From positions 76,061 through 140,060 of the forward strand of contig JBGAUW010000005.1 in the NCBI GenBank assembly GCA_044228435.1: a DNA stretch of 64,000 nucleotides, written 5' to 3'. This document shows, one piece after another, positions 9,903-17,809 of this stretch; the first letter of the stretch is position 1; the number at the start of each line of letters is the position of its first letter. Below the pieces are notes generated by a model, which had not been told where the DNA came from, did no database searches, and was given only the letters and a program-made list of their open reading frames with translations. The position numbers were made by a program, and so were the translations under genes. This DNA is from Chitinophagales bacterium. Lineage in GTDB: Bacteria > Bacteroidota > Bacteroidia > Chitinophagales > LD1.

Positions 9903-10039
9903 GGTTCGTAATTTATGGTGCGAATTTAAAATGTTCAATCATTTTCTTCGCTTCTGTTTAGGTCGGGGCTTAAGCGCACATATTTTGAAACTGACAAATT
10001 TCATACACACAAATAAACTTTGTTCATAGTTTCGCCCCC

Positions 10040-11392
10040 ATGCAAAAAAACATAACCATAGTAGGCGCCGGCCTGGTGGGCTCGCTGCTGGCTTGCTACT
10101 TTAGCAAGCGCGGCCATACTGTAAATGTATTTGAACGCCGCCCCGATATGCGCGTGGCAGGCTATGTAGGTGGCCGCTCTATTAACCTGGCGCTTAGCCA
10201 CCGCGGCTGGAAGGCCCTTAAGAAGATTGGCTTAGAGAAAGCCGTAGAAAAAATTGCGATACCCATGAAGGGCCGAGTAATACACGATGTAGCAGGCAAT
10301 ACTTCGTTTTTTCCGTATGGTAACGAAAGCCAGGCTATTTACTCAGTTTCGCGTGGCGACCTGAATAAAATAATGGTAGAGAAGGCCGATAAGTTTAAAG
10401 GCGTTAACTTTTACTTTGGCGAGCGTTGCACTAAAATAGATTTCGCCCGCACGCACATTACTTTCGAAAACACAGCTACTGAACATATTTCGGAAATAAA
10501 CGCCGATATAATTTTTGGTGCCGATGGGGCTTACAGCGAGGTGCGCTACGAGATGCAAAAGACGCCCAACTTTAACCTTAGCCAACAGCACGAAGAGTAT
10601 GGCTATAAGGAATTAACCATACCCGCCCTGGAAAAAGGCAAACACGCCATTGAAAAAAATGCCCTGCACATTTGGCCCCGTAAAAGCTTTATGATGATTG
10701 CCCTGCCTAATTTAGATGGCAGTTTTACCGTTACTTTGTTTGCCCCTTTTAAAGGCGAAAACTCTTTTGAAACTATAACCAACGCCGAAGAGGTAGCTGA
10801 ATATTTTAACCGCAACTTTAAAGATGCGGTGCCGCTGATGCCCGATTTGCAAAGCGACTTTTTCGAAAACCCTACCTCATCGTTGGTAACGGTAAAAGCC
10901 TACCCATGGAAAAACCACAATACCTGTTTAATTGGCGATGCGGCCCATGCCATAGTGCCTTTTTACGGACAGGGAATGAACTGCGGGTTTGAAGATGTGA
11001 GCGAGTTGGATGAAATACTAAGCGCCACTAACGAAAACTGGGAAGAAGCCCTTGCGCAATTTGAAAAGCAGCGCAAACCCAATGCCGATGCTATTGCCGA
11101 CCTGGCCCTGTATAATTTTATTGAAATGCGCGACCTTGCCGGGCGTGAAGATTTTCAGCTGCGCACTAAAATTGAAAAGAAGATAGCCGAAGCTTTTCCG
11201 GATACGTTTATGACCCATTACTCGATGGTTACCTTCAGCGATTTATCGTACAGCGAGGCCAAAAAGCGCGGCGAAAAACAGAAAGAACTACTGGACCAAC
11301 TAATGGCTATGCCCCAAATTGAAAAAAACTGGGATAGCCCCGAAATGCTTAAAATTGCCGGGGGCTGGATAGCCGCGAATGCAAAAAATTAA
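10040..11392 (+). CDS. kmo: kynurenine 3-monooxygenase (FAD-dependent)
   Basis: 450-aa ORF. Rossmann motif IVGAGLVGS, GRSINLALSHRG block, GDAAHAIVPFYGQGMN block. Resembles bacterial KMO as I recall it. Confidence 0.85.
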   Translation: MQKNITIVGAGLVGSLLACYFSKRGHTVNVFERRPDMRVAGYVGGRSINLALSHRGWKALKKIGLEKAVEKIAIPMKGRVIHDVAGNTSFFPYGNESQAIYSVSRGDLNKIMVEKADKFKGVNFYFGERCTKIDFARTHITFENTATEHISEINADIIFGADGAYSEVRYEMQKTPNFNLSQQHEEYGYKELTIPALEKGKHAIEKNALHIWPRKSFMMIALPNLDGSFTVTLFAPFKGENSFETITNAEEVAEYFNRNFKDAVPLMPDLQSDFFENPTSSLVTVKAYPWKNHNTCLIGDAAHAIVPFYGQGMNCGFEDVSELDEILSATNENWEEALAQFEKQRKPNADAIADLALYNFIEMRDLAGREDFQLRTKIEKKIAEAFPDTFMTHYSMVTFSDLSYSEAKKRGEKQKELLDQLMAMPQIEKNWDSPEMLKIAGGWIAANAKN

Positions 11393-11419
11393 GAAACGGG
11401 AGAACGAATGCCCGATTTT

Positions 11420-11450
11420 TCTCATCTTTAATGTAAGATGAGATTGTTTA
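11420..11450 (+). terminator. rho-independent terminator candidate after kmo
   Basis: 9-bp stem tctcatctt/aagatgaga (11420-11428 / 11435-11443), 6-nt loop, T-rich tail ttgttta. It covers the first ATG (11438) of the next ORF. Confidence 0.5.
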
Positions 11451-11458
11451 ATGCCCCT

Positions 11459-13579
11459 ATGACTGCCTTTTTTGCCAACCGCTGCCGGTTTTTTTTAATT
11501 GCCACAGCGGTGTATTTATTACTGTTACCCTTATCGGGGCAGGCGCAAACCGATGCCGAAGACAGCCGCATTTCCGATGAGTTTATTGTAATGCTTAAAC
11601 CCGGGCACAGTATTGATGCCCTGATACAGGATATTTCAAAATCGCCATTGGCGAATGGAGCTAAAGTTGAAAAATGCCTTTCGCCACGCATGGGCATTTA
11701 CCACCTAAAGCGTGCTACTACCGCTGCCAGCGAAGAGTTTTTACTGTTGCTTAAGCAAAACCCGCATATAAAACTGGCGCAGCATAACCACAAGGTTAAG
11801 CAACGCTCGCTTATACCTAACGACCCTCAGTTTGGCACCCAATGGAACATGCTTAATACAGCCCAAAGCGCTAATAGCATTGCCGGCGATGATATAGATG
11901 CCACCCAGGCCTGGGAACTAAACCACGATAATGTAGATGCGAATGGCGACACGGTGGTAGTGGCTGTAATTGACGATGTGTTTGATTTGGGCCACGAGGA
12001 CCTTAACTTTTTTACCAACTATAATGAAATAGGCGGCAATGGTATTGATGATGATGGTAATGGCTACATTGATGATGTAAATGGCTGGAATGTTTTTTCG
12101 CAAAACGGCGATGTAAATGGAGCAGGCCGCCACTCTACTCATTGCGCGGGCATAGTGGGAGCAATTGGCAATAATAATTTAGGTATTGCTGGTGTTTGCT
12201 GGGGCGCTAAAATTTTGGCAGTATCCGGCTCAGCTACTACCGAAGCACCGGTGGTAGAGGCTTACGACTATGTGCGAAACATGCGCCTGCTGTATAACAA
12301 CACGTTTGGAACAAAAGGCGCTTACGTGGTGGCTACTAACTCAAGCTTTGGTTTAAACTTCGGCAACCCGGCCAATTTTCCTATTTGGTGTGCTATGTAT
12401 GATTCGATGGGTGCCACTGGCATATTAAGTGCTGCGGCAACAACCAATACATTTACAGATGTTGACGATGTGGGCGATATGCCCACCCAATGTCCCAGCA
12501 AGTGGTTGTTAACAGTTACAAATACTAATCAAAGTGATATTAATGTCGCGGGATATGGCCTTAGCAATATTGATTTAGGCGCCCCCGGGCAGAGCATCCT
12601 TTCTACTATACCGCAAAACAATTACTTACCAATGTCGGGAACATCTATGGCAACCCCTCACGTAGCGGGTGCTATTGCGGCCATGTTTTCCGCGGCCTGC
12701 AAATCATTTATTGATAAATACCGCGAGTACCCCGATAGCTTTGCCCTGCAGGTGAAAGATTATTTGTTGCAGGGGGCAGAATGGAATTCGAGCCTTAACA
12801 ACAAAAGCACTACCGGTGGCCGGCTAAACTTATTCCGCGCAGTTTCGCTGCTTAAGCAGTTTGACTGCGACTCGTGCGGGTTTACTGCAAACCTGAATGT
12901 AACCCCCATTACTTGCAAGAATGAAGATGACGGGATGGCAGAAATAACCGTAAACAACCGAAGTACAACATCCTTTAATATTTTATGGTCGGATAGTTTA
13001 ACTACAGATACCCGCCAGCATTTAACGCCCGGGTTTTATTCGGCTTTGGTAACCGACACCGCTACCGGTTGCTCGCGCGTGGTAGCCGGCGCTTACCATA
13101 ACCCCGACAGCATTACCATTATAGCGATACTTGCCAGCGGTCCCGGCGATGGCGCCCCCGGCACTATAGTGGTTCAGGCTAAAGCCAGCAACGAAGTGCT
13201 TATGTATTCTATCGATGGCATAAACTATCAGCAGACCTCGGTATTTTCTGTAGCCGATACAGGCACTTACAATGTATATATTAAAAACACTTCGGGGTGT
13301 ATTTTAGAACGCACCATAACTGTGCGCATAACCGGGCTTAATGAATTAGATGGTTCTTCATTTCCATTGCAACTTTATCCCAATCCCGCCCAAAACTTAG
13401 TGACCCTATATTTTAGCAAACCCAAAACTTTAGTTGAAGTTTTTGACTTAACTGGCCGAAGGATTTTTGAAATTACGCCGGTAGCCGAAAAAACGGTTAT
13501 CGATACCCGGTTATGGCAAAACGGCGTGTACCTGGTAAAGGCAGCCGGAGTGGATAAGAAGCTTATAGTATTACATTAA
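11459..13579 (+). CDS. S8 family serine peptidase with SprB-like repeat and T9SS C-terminal sorting domain
   Basis: ORF 11438..13579. Start moved to the Met at 11459, giving a signal peptide (MTAFFANRCRFFLIATAVYLLLLPLSGQAQ). Subtilase triad contexts VAVIDDVFD, HSTHCAGIVGA, GTSMATPHVAG. C-terminus LYPNPAQNLVTLYF...GVYLVKA is a Por_Secre_tail-type CTD. Confidence 0.85.
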   Translation: MTAFFANRCRFFLIATAVYLLLLPLSGQAQTDAEDSRISDEFIVMLKPGHSIDALIQDISKSPLANGAKVEKCLSPRMGIYHLKRATTAASEEFLLLLKQNPHIKLAQHNHKVKQRSLIPNDPQFGTQWNMLNTAQSANSIAGDDIDATQAWELNHDNVDANGDTVVVAVIDDVFDLGHEDLNFFTNYNEIGGNGIDDDGNGYIDDVNGWNVFSQNGDVNGAGRHSTHCAGIVGAIGNNNLGIAGVCWGAKILAVSGSATTEAPVVEAYDYVRNMRLLYNNTFGTKGAYVVATNSSFGLNFGNPANFPIWCAMYDSMGATGILSAAATTNTFTDVDDVGDMPTQCPSKWLLTVTNTNQSDINVAGYGLSNIDLGAPGQSILSTIPQNNYLPMSGTSMATPHVAGAIAAMFSAACKSFIDKYREYPDSFALQVKDYLLQGAEWNSSLNNKSTTGGRLNLFRAVSLLKQFDCDSCGFTANLNVTPITCKNEDDGMAEITVNNRSTTSFNILWSDSLTTDTRQHLTPGFYSALVTDTATGCSRVVAGAYHNPDSITIIAILASGPGDGAPGTIVVQAKASNEVLMYSIDGINYQQTSVFSVADTGTYNVYIKNTSGCILERTITVRITGLNELDGSSFPLQLYPNPAQNLVTLYFSKPKTLVEVFDLTGRRIFEITPVAEKTVIDTRLWQNGVYLVKAAGVDKKLIVLH

Positions 13580-13626
13580 ATAGTTAAAAGGCAAACCCTT
13601 AAAAATTCATTTTTTACTTTGGCCCC

Positions 13627-14229
13627 ATGCTACTCCCACGCTATCAAAGCAAGTTTATAGAGGTTGGCTGCGATGAGGCCGGGCGCGGCTGCCTTGCCGG
13701 ACCGGTGTTTGCCGCAGCGGTTATACTGCCCAAAGGCTTTAAAAACGAGGTGCTGAACGATTCGAAAAAACTAAACCGCAAACAGCGCGATGAATTGCGC
13801 CTTGTAATAGAAAAAGAAGCGGTAGATTTTGCCGTAGCCAGCGTAGACAATTATAAAATTGACGAGATAAACATTTTAAACGCCTCTATACTGGCTATGC
13901 ACATGGCTTTAGAGCAATTAAAAAAGCCTTTTAAGTACATTATTGTAGATGGCAACCGCTTTAAGCCCTATAAGGAGATACCACACACCACCATTGTAGA
14001 GGGTGATGGTAAATATTTAAGCATTGCGGCGGCATCTATCTTAGCTAAAACTTACCGCGATGAGTATATGGAGCAACAGCATCACCTGTTTCCGCAATAT
14101 GGCTGGTTAAGCAACAAAGGCTATGGCACCCAACTGCACAGGCAAACAATTATAACTATGGGCCATACGCCGTTGCACCGTAAAAGCTTTGTGCTTAAAG
14201 AGATGCAGTTAGAAATATTTGAAAGTTAA
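13627..14229 (+). CDS. rnhB: ribonuclease HII
   Basis: 200-aa ORF with the GCDEAGRGCLAGPV active-site motif. Confidence 0.9.
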   Translation: MLLPRYQSKFIEVGCDEAGRGCLAGPVFAAAVILPKGFKNEVLNDSKKLNRKQRDELRLVIEKEAVDFAVASVDNYKIDEINILNASILAMHMALEQLKKPFKYIIVDGNRFKPYKEIPHTTIVEGDGKYLSIAAASILAKTYRDEYMEQQHHLFPQYGWLSNKGYGTQLHRQTIITMGHTPLHRKSFVLKEMQLEIFES

Positions 14230-14333
14230 AACTTTACAACACCCGCCTTTTACCGCTTCTGCCCCCCTTTGTTTTTACACAGTTTAGCATTTGTGCCCGA
14301 AACATTTAACTACTTTCATCGTTCGGTATTACT

Positions 14334-15155
14334 ATGAAAAAGATATTATCAGTTTTATTGATTGCAGCTGCATTTACCACTACCGTAGTGGCGCAAAACG
14401 AAGAGATTATAATTGTAAACGGCAGCTACGAAGGAGAATATAAAGATGGAAAGATGGATGGCTTTGGTAAGGCTATGCTGAACGATGGCAGCATGTATAC
14501 CGGCCAATGGAAAAACGGCATGCGCAATGGCACCGGCCGTGCGGGGTTTAAAGATGGGTCGGCATACTACGGCGATTGGAAGAACGACAAAATGGATGGT
14601 ACCGGTACATACGAGTATATAAACGGCGATAAATACAACGGCGGTTTTTTAAACAGCGAAATGCACGGCCACGGTACTTACACTTATGCTAACGGCAACC
14701 GCTACATAGGTGAGTTTGTACACGATAAACTTACTGGCACCGGCACTATATTATATGCCAATGGCGATTTATACGAGGGCAGGGTGTTAAATGGCGTAAA
14801 GTCAGGTAAAGGGAAATATACTTACCGCAACGGTAATGTGTATGATGGTTATTTTTTAGCCGATAAAAAAGATGGCTACGGCACCATGACGTTTGCCAAC
14901 GGCGATGTATATACCGGTGACTTTAAAAATAACAACCGCACCGGTAAAGGTGTATTTACACTGGCCAAAGGCGATAAATACGAAGGCGAATTTTTAAATG
15001 GTATGATGCACGGTAAAGGCTTATACATGTGGGCCGATGGCGAAAAGTTTTCCGGCACCTGGCATAACAATCAGCGCGATGGACAGGGAACACTTATAAC
15101 CAAATATGGCGAAGAGAAAATTTTAACATACGAAAACGGAAACAAACAGGATTAA
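14334..15155 (+). CDS. secreted MORN-repeat protein
   Basis: 273-aa ORF. Signal peptide, then about ten 23-aa repeats of the Y-x-G-x-[WF]-x-x-[GDN]-x-x-x-G-x-G type (e.g. YTGQWKNGMRNGTG, YIGEFVHDKLTGTG). Confidence 0.85.
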   Translation: MKKILSVLLIAAAFTTTVVAQNEEIIIVNGSYEGEYKDGKMDGFGKAMLNDGSMYTGQWKNGMRNGTGRAGFKDGSAYYGDWKNDKMDGTGTYEYINGDKYNGGFLNSEMHGHGTYTYANGNRYIGEFVHDKLTGTGTILYANGDLYEGRVLNGVKSGKGKYTYRNGNVYDGYFLADKKDGYGTMTFANGDVYTGDFKNNNRTGKGVFTLAKGDKYEGEFLNGMMHGKGLYMWADGEKFSGTWHNNQRDGQGTLITKYGEEKILTYENGNKQD

Positions 15156-15178
15156 AAATCCGTTACATAAAATATCAG

Positions 15179-15217
15179 ATGCCATCCCGAGCAGAAAGGG
15201 ATGGCATATCTGTTTTA
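15179..15217 (+). terminator. rho-independent terminator after the MORN gene
   Basis: 10-bp stem atgccatccc/gggatggcat (15179-15188 / 15198-15207), 9-nt loop, tail atctgtttta. Confidence 0.65.
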
Positions 15218-15327
15218 GGCAGGTAGTGTTTTAACCTACCGTACAATTTTCTTTCATTTTTTTATCGGCCAAATCTTTCCGATTGTGATATTATGAATAT
15301 GTTTAGTGCCCTGTTAAACACTAAAGC

Positions 15328-15942
15328 ATGTTAGGTATTTTTTTGCGCGATATATTTACAACCGGCGATGCTGTGGTTACAACCACCATACAGCAATTTG
15401 ATGCGGATGACCTGGCGGATGCCGGCGCCGTGCTTTCAGACTACTATAAGCTGGATATAGAAAACATGCCACACCATATGCCGGCGTTTAACCAACCGGC
15501 GGCTATATGGGCAGCGCAGTATTTATACCACAGTATGCAGCTATTACTGCTGCGCCAGTTAGGCGAGGAACACATTGCAAAATTACTGACAGACTATACC
15601 GGTAAAGTATCGGAAGATGTGGTTTACTCTGTAGACCTTACCTTTAGATATTTGCCCGATTTATTAAACGCAGCCAAAGGGTTGGCGCCCGATGACCCTT
15701 TCGTGCAAAAGCTGACTCATACGGCCAACCAATGGCAATATTCATCGGTAGGTGCGCAAATAACTGCGCTTGAAACAGAAAGCGTTATTATGGAGAGTAC
15801 GGCCCTACGCACCGAGTATATTGACCGGATAATTGAAAAAAAGGATAAACACCGTTTAAAACAAACTATAACCAGGCAGGTGGTAACCGAGGCATTAGGC
15901 GTTCATTCAGAATTGATTTGGCCCGGCTTTAAAGATTTATAA
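15328..15942 (+). CDS. hypothetical protein, first gene of the MoxR-vWA operon
   Basis: 204-aa ORF, acidic, no TM segment, no motif I can name. 5-nt spacer to the next gene. Confidence 0.6.
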   Translation: MLGIFLRDIFTTGDAVVTTTIQQFDADDLADAGAVLSDYYKLDIENMPHHMPAFNQPAAIWAAQYLYHSMQLLLLRQLGEEHIAKLLTDYTGKVSEDVVYSVDLTFRYLPDLLNAAKGLAPDDPFVQKLTHTANQWQYSSVGAQITALETESVIMESTALRTEYIDRIIEKKDKHRLKQTITRQVVTEALGVHSELIWPGFKDL

Positions 15943-15947
15943 GAACT

Positions 15948-17096
15948 ATGGAAAACAAAATAGAAATGGCGGAAGCAACCGCTAAACTGAATAACGTTTT
16001 AAAGCACGTTAAATCGACTTTTGTGGGTAAGGACACCATAATAGATTTAATGGGCATTTGCCTTGTAGCACGCGAAAACATTTTTTTGCTGGGCCCTCCG
16101 GGTACTGCAAAAAGCGCCATTGTACACGCCGTTGCCGAGCGGCTTAAAGGCAAAACTTTTGAATACCTGCTTACGCGGTTTACCGAGCCTAACGAATTGT
16201 TTGGCCCCTTTGATATACGCAAGTTGCGCGAGGGCGAATTGGTAACCAATACCGAAGGAATGCTACCCGAAGCCAACCTGGTGTTTTTAGATGAGTTGCT
16301 AAACGCCAACAGCGCCATATTAAATAGCTTATTAACTGCTTTGAACGAACGGGTGTTTAGAAGAGGGCGCGAAATTAAAAAGCTGCCTACCTTAATGATA
16401 GTAGGGGCCAGCAATCACCTGCCCGAAGATGAAGCCTTACAAGCGCTGTTCGACCGTTTTTTAATACGGGTGCGCTGCGATTATGTAGATACTAAAATGC
16501 TGAATGAAGTATTAAATGCCGGTTGGGCATTAGAGCAAAAAAATACGGGCGACTACCCCGAAATTACCAATGAAGAGGTTTTATACCTGCAAAGCTGTAT
16601 TACCCGCGTAGATATGAGTGCTGTGCGCGAAAGCTATATAGACCTGATACATAAGCTACGTAATGCAGGTGTGCAGGTATCGGACCGCCGCGCGGTAAAA
16701 CTACAGCGCGTAATTGCTGCCAGCGCCCTGTTGTGTAACCGCCAGGCCGCTGTACTATCAGATATGTGGGTGCTGCGCTATATATGGGATACCGACGACC
16801 AGATAGAAATTATAGCGGGCATTATAAATGCCGCTATAACTACCGAAGATACTACGGTAAAACACCACGAAGAAGCACTGGTTAACACTTTACCCGACGC
16901 CGATGAAATTTATACCGAGGTAATGCACCTTACGCGGGAGTGGATGAAAGAAGATGTAACCCTGGCCAAGCGCGATGAGATAAAGGACCGGCTAAGATAC
17001 ATTAACGGGCGCAGCGAATGGATAAGTAATGAAACCAAACGCGAGTATGTGCGGGGGCCGATTAATGAACTGTGGCAAAAAATAATTCAGGCCTGA
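15948..17096 (+). CDS. RavA-like MoxR-family AAA+ ATPase
   Basis: 382-aa ORF. Walker A GPPGTAKS (nt 16092-16115), Walker B VFLDEL, sensor-1 GASN, DRF arginine, sensor-2 SDRR. Block similarity to E. coli RavA as I recall it. Confidence 0.85.
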   Translation: MENKIEMAEATAKLNNVLKHVKSTFVGKDTIIDLMGICLVARENIFLLGPPGTAKSAIVHAVAERLKGKTFEYLLTRFTEPNELFGPFDIRKLREGELVTNTEGMLPEANLVFLDELLNANSAILNSLLTALNERVFRRGREIKKLPTLMIVGASNHLPEDEALQALFDRFLIRVRCDYVDTKMLNEVLNAGWALEQKNTGDYPEITNEEVLYLQSCITRVDMSAVRESYIDLIHKLRNAGVQVSDRRAVKLQRVIAASALLCNRQAAVLSDMWVLRYIWDTDDQIEIIAGIINAAITTEDTTVKHHEEALVNTLPDADEIYTEVMHLTREWMKEDVTLAKRDEIKDRLRYINGRSEWISNETKREYVRGPINELWQKIIQA

Positions 17097-17809
17097 TGCG
17101 CGAAATTGTTTTAGAGCTTAGTGACGTAAATGCTTTGGCATTAATAAGAGATACACCGGGTTTGCAGGCCGCACATCATGGCGAAAGCGTGTGGGTAAAA
17201 GGCATACTCCATAGCAACGCTACCGACCCTAAGTACTGGCAGCTGCCCTTTAAAAAAATATGCAGTTTAGATTCCGATGGCTATTTATACGAATGGAACA
17301 CGCAAGTGCCTTTTTCTAAGTTTCCGGATTTAGCGTGGCAGCCCTTAACTGATATGCTTAAAGTAGCACCACCAGTAGCTGCTATAGCCGGGCAAGTATC
17401 CGCGCCAGAATCGTTCCGACTGGTACCTTCGGCTATGGTTAAAAAAAGTGAGGCGCTTATAACTTCTGTAGCCCATTTAAAACAATATGCGCAAACAGCC
17501 TACCGGTTCAGGCTGCAATGCCTGCGTGTGGCAGTAAACCCAAACGGGCAAGCCCTCTTGTTAGGCAACCCATTGCCACCTTTACCGGGGCGCGAATTTT
17601 GGTTTTATAACAATATGCTGCTACCCTGCGGCTACCAACCCGAATATGAGGTTACCGGTGCGGTATTGGCAAAACAACTTACCGCAGGGGGCACCATGCT
17701 GCCGTTGTTTGCACCCGATGGCAGTTATGAACTTGTTCCGCTTGCGCTTTTTACACCGGTTACACGCAGCAGCGTACGCCAGCTTAAATTACTGCCTGAG
17801 TTATGCTAA
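17096..17809 (+). CDS. hypothetical protein (possible bpX-type accessory domain protein)
   Basis: The ORF track starts at a GTG at 17072. The ATG at 17096 overlaps the upstream stop (TGATG), so a 237-aa product is preferred. No recognisable motif. Confidence 0.6.
   Translation: MREIVLELSDVNALALIRDTPGLQAAHHGESVWVKGILHSNATDPKYWQLPFKKICSLDSDGYLYEWNTQVPFSKFPDLAWQPLTDMLKVAPPVAAIAGQVSAPESFRLVPSAMVKKSEALITSVAHLKQYAQTAYRFRLQCLRVAVNPNGQALLLGNPLPPLPGREFWFYNNMLLPCGYQPEYEVTGAVLAKQLTAGGTMLPLFAPDGSYELVPLALFTPVTRSSVRQLKLLPELC

Noticed and set aside
9475-10029. 184-aa and 107-aa plus-strand ORFs overlapping the GatB/YqeY gene
   Set aside because: They are antisense shadow ORFs, and the YqeY reading frame has the recognisable family N-terminus.
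14334-15155. MORN-repeat protein as a sixth component of the MoxR-vWA system
   Set aside because: It is separated from the operon by a good terminator hairpin and 110 nt of spacer, and it carries its own signal peptide. Adjacency alone does not support linkage.
15218-15327. Promoter for the MoxR-vWA operon
   Set aside because: Only a near-match TATGTTTA (one mismatch to TAnnTTTG) is present, with a poorly spaced TTG. The evidence is too weak for a feature call.
15929-16414. 161-aa minus-strand ORF overlapping the RavA-like ATPase gene
   Set aside because: It is antisense to the Walker A and B region of a well-supported AAA+ gene and has no features of its own.
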